A stretch of DNA of 64,000 nt from Synechococcales cyanobacterium VAR_4_metabat_354 (GCA_031414775.1 JANOQI010000062.1:32001-96000); one strand, 5' to 3'. Counted from the stretch's first letter, positions 1 to 8,764 are shown. The notes: generated by a model from the letters alone, not told the origin. Program-made: numbers and translations.

Positions 1-313
1 AATCAACAAAGGCATCAATGATGCTTTCTACCGTCTGGAGAGTTTTATCAGTTTCTTTGATAGTGACCGGAAAAACTGTCAAATCGATATCATAGTGCTG
101 GAAATAATCCCGCATCTGGGTGCCATACAGTGCATATACTTTAGCATCTACCACCATTAAACAACGGCCAAATTGCTGATAACTGACAGCAATCTCTGGA
201 TTTTCTTGCTGAAAGGCACCATTCACATAAAGTAAACTAAAGTCGATTTTCTCATATCCTTCGACGTGGAAGGCTTGATCTGTGGCTGTAAAAGTTGCTT
301 GAATGCCAGTCAT
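1..313 (-). CDS. mysA: Sedoheptulose-7-phosphate cyclase / demethyl-4-deoxygadusol synthase (MAA biosynthesis), 5' part; runs off window edge
   Basis: Manual translation from ATG at 313: [34 protein letters not shown]...[11 protein letters not shown]..., matching the DDGS N-terminus (FHVEGYEKI motif). Confidence 0.85.
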   Translation of the reverse strand, partial: MTGIQATFTATDQAFHVEGYEKIDFSLLYVNGAFQQENPEIAVSYQQFGRCLMVVDAKVYALYGTQMRDYFQHYDIDLTVFPVTIKETDKTLQTVESIIDAFVD

Positions 314-846
314 AAGTGTATTGATGTAGTTAAGTAGATGTTTAGTGATTTGGCAACAGCGTCAGACTAGTTTCCATGAAAAAATAGGGCAAGTAATCGA
401 AAAAAGTTCTTTTAAAAAGCCTGGTTATTTTTTCGTGAATATTGCTCTTGCCAGTAGGAATGACATGATGAAGAGCTTCATCTAGATTTTGATAAAAGTT
501 TCTTCGAGTACGTTGACGCTAGTACTAGCTCCACACATAACTTAACGGATTTCTCATTTTTATTCAACATTACCGGTAATAATGCATGTTTAAGTCTCTG
601 AGAGTAACTAAAGATTAAACATTGCTTAAGGAAAAACTTTGGTAGTATGGGTCTTCGGTTATATTGAAGGTGAATATTTAATTTTGGGCATGTATCATGG
701 ATATCAAAGTAATCCTGCCAATTCTATCGATCGCCTTTGGCCTTTGTTGCCTATTTTTTGGCACGCGCAATGGTTTTTACAATTCAGGCAATTATCATGG
801 CAATGGTTCAGCCCATTAAACCTATTGTTTTTGTTGGAGAAGTTCA

Positions 847-2376
847 CTGCCTGCTAGTAACGAAGATTTATCTTGTTTTGCCTTTGCGGCCGGTCATGGC
901 GATGAAGGTGTGTGTTTATTCATCAAAATTGGCCCGTACCAAATTTTGTTGGATTGCGGCCTAGTAGATGTGGCCAAACTGGCGACTACTAATCTGTCGT
1001 TAGTCTGGTGCAGCCATGCTCATCCCGACCATGCTCAAGGTTTAGCGGCCCTGCATGAGGCTTGTCCTCAAATTCCCATTTATGCCAGCGAAGTGACAGC
1101 GGAGTTACTGCAAAATGATTGCTGTCAAGCGCTGCCCTGGAATTGTCCGATCGAACTCCAAGAAGGTCTCACCGCCGAGATTATGCCCGCTGGCCATTTG
1201 CCAGGTGCTGCCGTCATTCTGTTTACCTATCAAGGTGCGGAGCGCAGCTATCGCCTCCTTTATACTGGTGACTTTTTTCTATCTAATTCGCGGTTTGCCG
1301 AAGGGCTGTCTTTGACAGACATTCGTGTTCATCGACCAGATGTGTTGATCGTGGAAGGCAGTTATGGCACTGCTCGCCAGCCGCATCGCCGCCAGCAAGA
1401 AAATACTTTGATTGAGCAAGTGAGCCGCACACTTCAGCAATATCGATCAATCGGTTTGTTGGCACCACAGCTGGGGCAAGCCCAAGAAATTCTGTTACTG
1501 CTGAGGAGTCATCATCTATTCACGGGTAGAGATGTCGATCTGTGGGTGGATGAATCGATTGCCGAAGTGTGTGATCGCTATTTGCGTTGTTTACCGCATT
1601 TACCTGCTACTGTCCAAAATTTCGCGCGTAACCAGTCTTTGTTTTGGGATGAAAAGGTCAAGCCCCGCGTGCGGCGGTTGAGTGAAAGACCAGCCGGTGC
1701 AGCGTCTGGCAGTGAAATTTTGCTAGTGAGTGACGCGAACCAGTTGCCAATAGCTCCTGCTGTATGTTTGGTGCCCCAGCGCTTGGGTGCAGAAATAGAC
1801 AACAACACTTATCTTTTGACCGATCATTCTGATGGTGTGGGCACAACGCAGCTTATTCATAATTTGCGTCCTCAGCATGTGATTTTTGTGCATGGCTCAC
1901 CGACTTATTTGGGAGATTTGACGGGCTTGGATGAGCTAAATAGTCGTTATCAGCTCCATTCGCCAGCCACTGGCACGTTAGTAGAACTTCCAATCGGGGA
2001 CAGCTTTATGCAGTCTACAGTACCAATTGAAGTGGGCTATCAGGGTGAACTTACTGCCGATGAGGAATCTGTGACAATCTCTTTATCTAGTGGTGTCACT
2101 ACTGATCCGCGCTGGCATAATCTGTCTGATACGGGATTAGTGGAGGCGCGGTGGCAAGGAGAAGAGCTAGTGCTGCGTGGGATCACGGCCAAGCAATTGC
2201 TAAATGAAGCCTATGGTAATAAAGTGGATAGTGCGATCGCTTGCTGTGCTAATTGTCGTTATCAGCGCGGTAATCGTTGTGGTAGTGAAGATTCAGTTTT
2301 GTATGGATTTAAGGTCACACCTACCGGAGTTTGTCCAGCTTTTGCGGGGCTGGATAACGAGGAATTTCAGGGCTGA
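847..2376 (+). CDS. MBL-fold/beta-CASP-type metallo-hydrolase with Cys-rich C-terminus; probable CTG start at 847 (ORF track start 910)
   Basis: LLDCG, SHAHPDH, AGHLPGA, YTGD and HG motifs; in-frame GHGDEGVCL lies upstream of the GTG at 910. Confidence 0.8.
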   Translation: MPASNEDLSCFAFAAGHGDEGVCLFIKIGPYQILLDCGLVDVAKLATTNLSLVWCSHAHPDHAQGLAALHEACPQIPIYASEVTAELLQNDCCQALPWNCPIELQEGLTAEIMPAGHLPGAAVILFTYQGAERSYRLLYTGDFFLSNSRFAEGLSLTDIRVHRPDVLIVEGSYGTARQPHRRQQENTLIEQVSRTLQQYRSIGLLAPQLGQAQEILLLLRSHHLFTGRDVDLWVDESIAEVCDRYLRCLPHLPATVQNFARNQSLFWDEKVKPRVRRLSERPAGAASGSEILLVSDANQLPIAPAVCLVPQRLGAEIDNNTYLLTDHSDGVGTTQLIHNLRPQHVIFVHGSPTYLGDLTGLDELNSRYQLHSPATGTLVELPIGDSFMQSTVPIEVGYQGELTADEESVTISLSSGVTTDPRWHNLSDTGLVEARWQGEELVLRGITAKQLLNEAYGNKVDSAIACCANCRYQRGNRCGSEDSVLYGFKVTPTGVCPAFAGLDNEEFQG

Positions 2377-3125
2377 TGAAAAAGCTACTGATTTTGGGTG
2401 GAACTGGCGATGCTGTGCAGCTAGCAAAACAAGCTGCTGCCCTCGGCTTTGACGTGATTTCTTCTCTCGCTGGCCGCACCCAGCAATCTCTCAGTGCGAG
2501 TAATGCTGGTGCCGTGCGGATCGGTGGCTTTGGCGGAGTTTCAGGACTGGCCGCCTATCTTCACCAAGAAAATATTGACCTGCTGATTGATGCTACTCAT
2601 CCCTTTGCCCAACAGATTTCCTGGAATGCGGCTGAGGCTGCTGCTCTTGGCGGTATGCCCCGCTTACTGCTATGTAGGCCAGCCTGGGAGCCAATCACTG
2701 GCGATCGCTGGTTTCCAGTCCAGAATCATGCTGAAGCTGCCGCGCTGTTGCCTGGTTTGGCGCAGCGCATATTTTTGACGACCGGCAGGCAAGAATTAAG
2801 TAGCTATGCTCATTTGCAGGAGTTGTGGTTTTTGATGAGATCGATCGATCCACCTCCAGCTCCTTTGCCTCCAGGAGAGATTGTTTTGGCTAAAGGCCCT
2901 TTTACACTGATGGCTGAAAAGAATTTGATGTTGCAACATCAAATCGAAATCATTGTCAGTAAGAATAGTGGTGGAGCCGCCACCTACGCTAAGATTATTG
3001 CTGCAAGAGAATTAGGATTGCCGGTAGTGATGATTCAGCGGCCAGCCATGCCAGCAAGTCTACAAGTCGTCACTATCGATGCTGCATTACGATGGTTAGC
3101 ACCACAGTTGCCAGGAGAAATGTAG
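2376..3125 (+). CDS. cobK: Cobalt-precorrin-6A reductase
   Basis: LILGGT, SLAGRT, RIGGFGG, IDATHPFA and VSKNSGG motifs. Confidence 0.95.
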   Translation: MKKLLILGGTGDAVQLAKQAAALGFDVISSLAGRTQQSLSASNAGAVRIGGFGGVSGLAAYLHQENIDLLIDATHPFAQQISWNAAEAAALGGMPRLLLCRPAWEPITGDRWFPVQNHAEAAALLPGLAQRIFLTTGRQELSSYAHLQELWFLMRSIDPPPAPLPPGEIVLAKGPFTLMAEKNLMLQHQIEIIVSKNSGGAATYAKIIAARELGLPVVMIQRPAMPASLQVVTIDAALRWLAPQLPGEM

Positions 3126-3146
3126 TTATCTATGGATGATGACTAA

Positions 3147-4355
3147 TTAGCGCTTAATTACACACCATTGGGTGATGGGTGCTGAGGCTTTCCAGCCAAG
3201 AAATTTACCGACAGGTTCAGCGTGTTGGATCGCAAGGCGGCTCAAATTTCCTCCGTACTGATATTGAAGCTGAAAAATCCGTTGTTCCGTTTCTACTGTG
3301 ACGGCGTTGGCGACCAGTCGTCCACCGACTCTTAGGTGGTGCCAGCATTTTTCAAAAACATCAGGGATCGTTAAGCCGCCGCCGATGAAAATGGCATCGG
3401 GCATGGGTAAGTCATCGAGAACTGCTGGGGCTTGACCAGCAATGATTTGGAGGTTGGGCACACCGAGCATCGCTGCATTATGGGCTAAATTTTGGCGACG
3501 TTGGGGATGTTGTTCGATCGATATCGCCAGGTTACGAGCATTCGATCGCATCCATTCAATGCTGATCGATCCATTGCCAGCACCGACATCCCACAGTAAT
3601 TGGCCAGGTAAAGGTGCTAGCGCTGCTAGTGTCACCGCTCGGATTTCGCGTTTGGTAAGCTGTCCATCGTGGTCATAACTATCATCTGGCAAACCAGGCG
3701 ATCGAGACATCCCCGACATCGTACTGGGGCAGTTCAGGGCGATCAGGTTCAGTTGGGCAACTTCTCGTTCTGACCAATCAGCCACACTACTGCTAATGAT
3801 TTTTTCAGCAGCGCCGCCAAGGTGTTCTAGCACTGTGATCTGCACATCACTTTGGCTTTGTTGATTTAAGATATTGGCCACTAGCGCAGGGGTGTAGCGA
3901 TCGGCACTCAAAGCCAAAATTCTGGCATTGGGGTAAAGGAGAGCGTTGATTAGGTGCGGATCGCGACCACAGAGGCTAACAGTCTCAATCTCGGGTAATG
4001 GCCAACCGAGCCGACTAGCGGCGAGGCTGAAGGCCGAGGGAGCTGGGATAATCGTGATTTGTTCGATCGGAATGTGTCGAAGAATAGTGGTACCAATGCC
4101 GTAGCACAGTGGATCGCCACTAGCTAAGATGCAAACGGCTTGGCCACGATGCTGTTGAATGAGATCGATCGAATCACTAATTGGTTTTTTCCAAGTCAAT
4201 TGTTGCTGGCTAGTGGCTGGCAGCAAGGATAAATGTCGCTCACCGCCCACCACTAAATCGGCTTGCTTGATGAGGGCGTGGGCAACTGGATTCAGACTAT
4301 CCAGACCATCATCGCCAATCCCAATAATTGATAGCCATCGATCGATCATGAGCAC
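3147..4355 (-). CDS. cbiET: Precorrin-6Y C5,15-methyltransferase (decarboxylating), CbiE-CbiT fusion
   Basis: IIGIG, GGERHL, LASGDP, GQLTKREIR and WDVGAGNGS motifs. Confidence 0.93.
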   Translation of the reverse strand: MLMIDRWLSIIGIGDDGLDSLNPVAHALIKQADLVVGGERHLSLLPATSQQQLTWKKPISDSIDLIQQHRGQAVCILASGDPLCYGIGTTILRHIPIEQITIIPAPSAFSLAASRLGWPLPEIETVSLCGRDPHLINALLYPNARILALSADRYTPALVANILNQQSQSDVQITVLEHLGGAAEKIISSSVADWSEREVAQLNLIALNCPSTMSGMSRSPGLPDDSYDHDGQLTKREIRAVTLAALAPLPGQLLWDVGAGNGSISIEWMRSNARNLAISIEQHPQRRQNLAHNAAMLGVPNLQIIAGQAPAVLDDLPMPDAIFIGGGLTIPDVFEKCWHHLRVGGRLVANAVTVETEQRIFQLQYQYGGNLSRLAIQHAEPVGKFLGWKASAPITQWCVIKR

Positions 4356-4479
4356 TAACTTTAATTACGGCTATTTCACCGCCTATTGTAACTGTTGCTC
4401 AGTTATAAAATTGCTGATTTTCAATGTTGCCAATTCGATCGTGGCTACTTTCAAAATTACTACAATATGAATTATATAC

Positions 4480-4658
4480 ATCTAGAGTAATAGTGTTTAA
4501 ACTGAGACAGTCCAGTCTAAACACCCAATTCAGGGTGTTATGCGAATGAATATCGTGCTAATTTCCCTATTTTCTAGGGTATAGGCGGACAGGTGTCGGT
4601 ATATATGCCTGGTTTAAGGGGGTTATACTGAATCCGTCAGTATAACCAGTAGTTAGGC
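4480..4658 (+). repeat. Cassette-array leader: four ~42-bp-period palindromic units ending in an attI-like core site
   Basis: IR gtgtttaaactg-N8-cagtctaaacac (4493-4524); weaker IR units at ~4535 and ~4578; perfect IR ggttatactga-N5-tcagtataacc (4621-4647); then GTATAAC-cagta-GTTAGGC (4640-4658). Homologous copy on the minus strand at 14100-14196. Confidence 0.7.
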
Positions 4659-4738
4659 TTCTCATCTATTGTTATTGAAGCAACCTAGCAAATTGATTTG
4701 AAAGCTACATTTACATTAAAATTTGATTTTGTTTAAAA

Positions 4739-5404
4739 ATGAAAATAGACCAGAAAATAATTCAGCGAATGGATGATTTGTTGGCAGCAGGAGAAAGTGT
4801 TCTTTGTACTAAAAAAAGCCCTTCTAGCAATTCAATTGGTTTTGACTCATTAGTTAATTCTCAAGATGCTTACCAATGGTTTACAAGTGTTCAAAATCTT
4901 TTAGTTAGGGTTTTTGGTGAGGAAAGTGAGCACTATAAAAATTTTAGTGCACAAGACAAAAAAAGACTAACATATTCTCATGTTTATCGAGCACAAGGAA
5001 TTCTCAAAGCTGCTAAAGATGATTACGAACATGAACATCTTTTTGATCTAAAGAAGATAATTGAAGCAGAAGTTTTTGATGATTTCTTAGATCAAGCAAA
5101 TGCACTATTGGAAGCAGGTTATTTCCAACCTGCCGCAGTTATTGCTGGAAGTGTTCTTGAGGATGGATTGAGAAAGCTCTGTGTAAAAGAAAATATATCT
5201 TTACCTCCAAAACCGAAACTTGATTTAATGAATGCAGAATTAGCGAAGTCAGGATTGTATAATAAACTTACTCAAAAAAAGATTACGGCAATTGCGCATA
5301 TTAGAAACAATGCTGCGCATGGACATTGGGATCAATTTGAAAAACGGGATGTGCAAGAAGCTATATCTTGGATAGCCCAGTTCATGGAAAGTAACTATGC
5401 CTAA
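4739..5404 (+). CDS. HEPN/DUF4145-like protein (cassette 1)
   Basis: AT-rich; C-terminal R-x4-H motif (RNNAAH); stop codon lies inside the attC R'' box GCCTAAC. Confidence 0.7.
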   Translation: MKIDQKIIQRMDDLLAAGESVLCTKKSPSSNSIGFDSLVNSQDAYQWFTSVQNLLVRVFGEESEHYKNFSAQDKKRLTYSHVYRAQGILKAAKDDYEHEHLFDLKKIIEAEVFDDFLDQANALLEAGYFQPAAVIAGSVLEDGLRKLCVKENISLPPKPKLDLMNAELAKSGLYNKLTQKKITAIAHIRNNAAHGHWDQFEKRDVQEAISWIAQFMESNYA

Positions 5405-5488
5405 CAAGCGGCTGCACACGGAACTAGTTATTACTCTGTCGGTTATGATGCAAAGTGTTTAGCTGTCCGGTGAGCGTGACCGTTAGAC
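5399..5488 (+). other. attC site (integron cassette recombination site)
   Basis: GCCTAAC ... ctgcacacgga / tccggtgag ... GTTAGAC, 90 bp, imperfect hairpin with bulged bases. Confidence 0.85.
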
Positions 5489-5523
5489 CGCTCAGTAAAA
5501 ACTTTTTAGGATAGTTCCCGTCA

Positions 5524-5913
5524 ATGAACCTCGAATTCAGCCGTCGTCTTGCCCTGTTGGGGATTGTTCCACCCATAGCTGATACCGTTCGTCGTTGGCA
5601 CCAATTGGGTGACTTAAAAATCTGGCCTTTTTGGTTAGATGATTTTCTTCTTGGTGGTTTTCTACTCTACGGTGCATGGTTGACACAAAAGGATGCGAAC
5701 AATGGTAGACGCTTTCTTTCGGCTGCTTGGGGGTTTGCTTGTGGCATGGTGTACCTCAGTTTTTTCGACCAGATTACTTCTCTCGACAAACCCGATCCTG
5801 CCCCGATCCCTTCTGAATGGGTCGCTGTAATTAAAGGAATATTCTTCTTTCTTGCTGTTTTGGGATTGATTGGAAGTTTATGGGGAAACCCTAGAGAGTC
5901 TAGGCGACATTGA
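5524..5913 (+). CDS. Hypothetical membrane protein (cassette gene)
   Basis: 129-aa ORF with several hydrophobic segments, immediately after an attC. Confidence 0.7.
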   Translation: MNLEFSRRLALLGIVPPIADTVRRWHQLGDLKIWPFWLDDFLLGGFLLYGAWLTQKDANNGRRFLSAAWGFACGMVYLSFFDQITSLDKPDPAPIPSEWVAVIKGIFFFLAVLGLIGSLWGNPRESRRH

Positions 5914-5983
5914 TAAGTGGGACTGAATTGATCATCTGTCTCAAGCTAAAATGGAAGCGTCAAGTCGCAGCGAGGACAACCCC

Positions 5984-6259
5984 ATGACAGTTCGACAACC
6001 CCGATATAGCAAAGAAGAGTTCGCCCAGCGCGGCGATGTACTCTATGAGTCTCAGATTCGCCAACAAGTCGAAAAAGGCAATCATGGGAAGATAGTGGCG
6101 ATCGACATTGAAACCGGAGCCTTTGAAGTCGCAGACGATATCGTAACCGCATCAGAGCATCTTCTCACCAGAGTGCCGGATGCCCAGACTTGGTTTATCC
6201 GCATTGGACACCAGGCTGTATACCATTTTGGTGCGCGGAGTCTGAGAAAATTCGGATGA
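5984..6259 (+). CDS. Small DUF5678-like protein, partner of a retropepsin-like protease
   Basis: MTVRQPRYSKEEFA...GKIVAIDIETGAFEV; GAGG RBS; ATGA overlap with next gene. Confidence 0.7.
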   Translation: MTVRQPRYSKEEFAQRGDVLYESQIRQQVEKGNHGKIVAIDIETGAFEVADDIVTASEHLLTRVPDAQTWFIRIGHQAVYHFGARSLRKFG

Positions 6260-6624
6260 TACATGGAATAGTCAATCAAAATTGTGAAGCGATCCTTTCT
6301 GTTGTCGTAAAGAATGACACTAAAACACAACTAGTTGATGTAGTAGTCGATACAGGTTTTTCCGGCTTTCTGACTCTGCCCTCTAGTATGATTACGGCTT
6401 TGGAATTAGTTTGGAAGGGGCGTGATGTTGCGACTTTGGGAGACGGCACTTCCTGTATTTTTGAAGTTTATATTGCAGTTGTAATCTGGGACGGGCAATA
6501 CCGCACGATCGACATCAATGAATCAGAAACTATTCCTCTAATTGGGATGCAATTGTTACGAGGCTATGATTTACGGATTCAGGCAATAGAAGGTGGTAGT
6601 GTTACAGTCAGTCTACTAGAGTAA
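6256..6624 (+). CDS. Clan AA (retropepsin-like) aspartic protease
   Basis: VDTGFSGFLTLP catalytic DTG motif and PLIGMQLL motif. Confidence 0.85.
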   Translation: MIHGIVNQNCEAILSVVVKNDTKTQLVDVVVDTGFSGFLTLPSSMITALELVWKGRDVATLGDGTSCIFEVYIAVVIWDGQYRTIDINESETIPLIGMQLLRGYDLRIQAIEGGSVTVSLLE

Positions 6625-6633
6625 TTCTGGTCG

Positions 6634-6656
6634 TTCGCGCAGCGTTGCGCCAGCGA
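6634..6656 (+). repeat. Short dispersed repeat (SDR5-like) inserted at CG^ATCG
   Basis: tCG|ttcgcgcagcgttgcgccagcga|ATCGc; removing 23 nt restores CGATCG. Confidence 0.6.
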
Positions 6657-6662
6657 ATCGCA

Positions 6663-6744
6663 GGCTAACAAACCAGTTGGGGTTGGCATTCTCTAGAGAT
6701 GCTAGCTCAGACACAACATTGTTTGCTCAACCAGAACGTTAGCC
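6663..6744 (+). other. attC site (somewhat degenerate)
   Basis: GGCTAAC-aaacca-GTTGGG ... CTCAAC-cagaac-GTTAGCC, 82 bp. Confidence 0.7.
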
Positions 6745-6799
6745 TCTGAGTTATCTGTGGGAACGTAACTGGAAACTTATCTGTAGGTTTGTGCGGTAA

Positions 6800-6896
6800 G
6801 GGCTTGTAAAGAAACAACTTCATGTTTTGAGGCTGAAAGCTTTTCCTTGTCGGGAAACTACCGATCGAAACCATGAGCTTATTTTTTTACAGCCCC
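6800..6896. mobile_element. MITE (97 bp) with TAA target-site duplication
   Basis: ~30-bp imperfect TIRs gggcttgtaaagaaacaacttcatgtttt / aaaccatgagcttatttttttacagcccc, flanked by TAA at 6797-6799 and 6897-6899. Confidence 0.7.
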
Positions 6897-6987
6897 TAAG
6901 TGATTCAGGAGTCTTGGGTTAGAACACGGTCGGAGTATCTATCGATGGGGTGAGGTTGCAAAAAAAATATCCAGGTAGAATTTACCT

Positions 6988-7155
6988 ATGGAAAATCGAA
7001 GTAGATCCGGCTTTCGCACACGCCTATTAGTATTCTTCGCTTTGGCGTTTGCCTGGTCGTGGGTCTGCTGGCTCCTGACTTCAGTTATTAGACCTCAATT
7101 GCCCTCTTTAGCTGGGGTAAATTTTCTGGTGGTTGGCTTCGCATCACGATTATGA
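6988..7155 (+). pseudogene. N-terminal fragment of a CPBP (CAAX/Abi) intramembrane protease
   Basis: 55-aa ORF containing LLVFFALAFAWSWVCW, typical of the first TM helix of CPBP proteins. Confidence 0.5.
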
Positions 7156-7221
7156 GACCTGTCGGTGGACGGAACGGACTGCGTATCTGGCTCGATTTGA
7201 TGCCGACAATCGAGAAATTAT

Positions 7222-7563
7222 ATGGAAAGTAAAACCAAACTAACACTGATTAAAATCATTCATACTGCGATCTAGGTATTCTTCAATGTTGTAATTTTCT
7301 ATATGCTGTATGCCGCGATTGCCAATAAACTCGATCACTGGCTCTGGATCGGTTATGGACTTATCGCTCTAGAAGGGCTAATCCTACTCACTTTTAAATC
7401 CCACTGCCCATTAAATCTGCTGGCTCGAAAATACACCAATTCCACCCAGGACAATTTTGATATTTATCTTCCCAGTTGGCTAGCCAAGTATACAAAATTA
7501 ATCTACACCACTATTTTCGCGATCGTTACAATCATCACCATCTATCAAATAATGTCGAATTAA
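7222..7563 (+). pseudogene. Membrane protein with an in-frame nonsense codon
   Basis: MESKTKLTLIKIIHTAI*VFFNVVIFY continues in frame into ORF 7303-7563; TAG at 7273-7275 (likely TGG->TAG). Confidence 0.7.
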
Positions 7564-7589
7564 AAAATACCAAAACACTGGAGGCAGTA

Positions 7590-8351
7590 ATGACCAAACA
7601 AATTTCTCTTGATGCGCTATGGGATTCAGCCACATCTCAGGATCGTATATTCCGCTTAGAGGACTTCACGCACCTGCCAGAAGTCGCCAGACGATATCTT
7701 GAACACGCGATCGAACCTGGAACAAAGATCGCTTCTGCGGTGCGGTGGAAAATGCACGGCGAAATCAAATTAAAAAAGTGGATTCCATTCACAGCCGAGC
7801 AAGTCGTTTGCTGGGAACATGGACTGATTTGGAGTGCTACCGCATGGATGAATAGCTTCTTGCCCATTGTCGGCTCGGATCGGATCATCGACGGCATCGG
7901 TGCGATGCAGTGGAAGCTGTTAGGATTATTCCCTGTGATGACGGCGAGTGGTGCTGATATTACGCGGTCTGCTATTGGTCGCCTCCAATCAGAGTCACTC
8001 TGTTTACCATCTGTGTTCTGTGGCGATGATGTTTCATGGACAAGCACAGAGTCGTCGGAATTAGACTCCAATTTGCATTCCAGTTTTGTCGTGCAAGGTG
8101 AGCGAGCCGAACTAGACTTCACGATCGATCGAACAGGTCGTCTCAAAACCTTCAAGCTACCACGCTGGGGCAATCCAGACGATACTGAGTTCCGTTGTGT
8201 GGACTTCGGTGGAATTTTGGAGGAAGAGAGCACATTCTGCGGCTACACCATTCCGACCCGGCTACGGATTGGCTGGTACTTTGGCTCCGATCGGTTTGAG
8301 CCGGAGGGCGAGTTCTTTCGAGCCACGATCGATGATGCAATCTATCGATAG
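7590..8351 (+). CDS. DUF6544-like protein
   Basis: LPEVARRYL, WIPFTAEQ and RWGNPD motifs; GAGG RBS before ATG 7590. Confidence 0.7.
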   Translation: MTKQISLDALWDSATSQDRIFRLEDFTHLPEVARRYLEHAIEPGTKIASAVRWKMHGEIKLKKWIPFTAEQVVCWEHGLIWSATAWMNSFLPIVGSDRIIDGIGAMQWKLLGLFPVMTASGADITRSAIGRLQSESLCLPSVFCGDDVSWTSTESSELDSNLHSSFVVQGERAELDFTIDRTGRLKTFKLPRWGNPDDTEFRCVDFGGILEEESTFCGYTIPTRLRIGWYFGSDRFEPEGEFFRATIDDAIYR

Positions 8352-8375
8352 AACAATCTACGTCAAAGGATAAGG

Positions 8376-8657
8376 ATGAAAAATGAGAAAATATCCAATT
8401 GCTTGGTTCTATATCTTGGCTTTTGGTATGTCATGGCTTGGCATGATATCGACCGTCTTAGCCTCGCGAGGCACAGTACTAAAGGCAGTATTTTGCTAGT
8501 GGCGCTTCTTCATGGTTCGCTGAACGTGTGGGGACTATTTATAACTGGGGTGTCCCCTGTCGCATACGCTCTTCTAAATTGTGTGGTGGCGATTATCCTA
8601 ATAGCAGTGTTTGGAAGAGTAAATCTCTCTCGTCGAGAAAAGGTTTGCGCGGGCTAA
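8376..8657 (+). pseudogene. C-terminal fragment of a CPBP (CAAX/Abi) protease
   Basis: TKGSILLVALLHGSLN (CPBP HxxxN motif) without the EE..R motif; stop codon lies inside the attC R'' box. Confidence 0.6.
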
Positions 8658-8738
8658 CAATTCAAATGCAGCGAACGGAAGAGAGATCTTGGTGCTGAAT
8701 CTGAAGTTGTCTGCTGCCGCTGATTTGAGCCGTTAGAG
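8652..8738 (+). other. attC site
   Basis: GGCTAAC-aattcaaATGCAGCG ... CGCTGATttgagcc-GTTAGAG, 87 bp. Confidence 0.85.
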
Positions 8739-8764
8739 AACTTGTGAGGTGGGAAATCAATACA

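Noticed and set aside
639..964. Short ORFs 639-857 and 737-964
   Set aside because: TTG starts, no motifs, and they lie in a divergent promoter region.
1681..1717. GCAGCGT-containing segment in the MBL gene as an SDR insert
   Set aside because: Flanks do not restore CGATCG; too degenerate to call.
4493..4650. CRISPR array interpretation of the 42-bp-period repeats
   Set aside because: Units are too divergent, the variable parts are too short for spacers, and no cas genes are in the window.
7637..8233. 198-aa antisense ORF
   Set aside because: Shadow of the DUF6544-like gene; no motifs.
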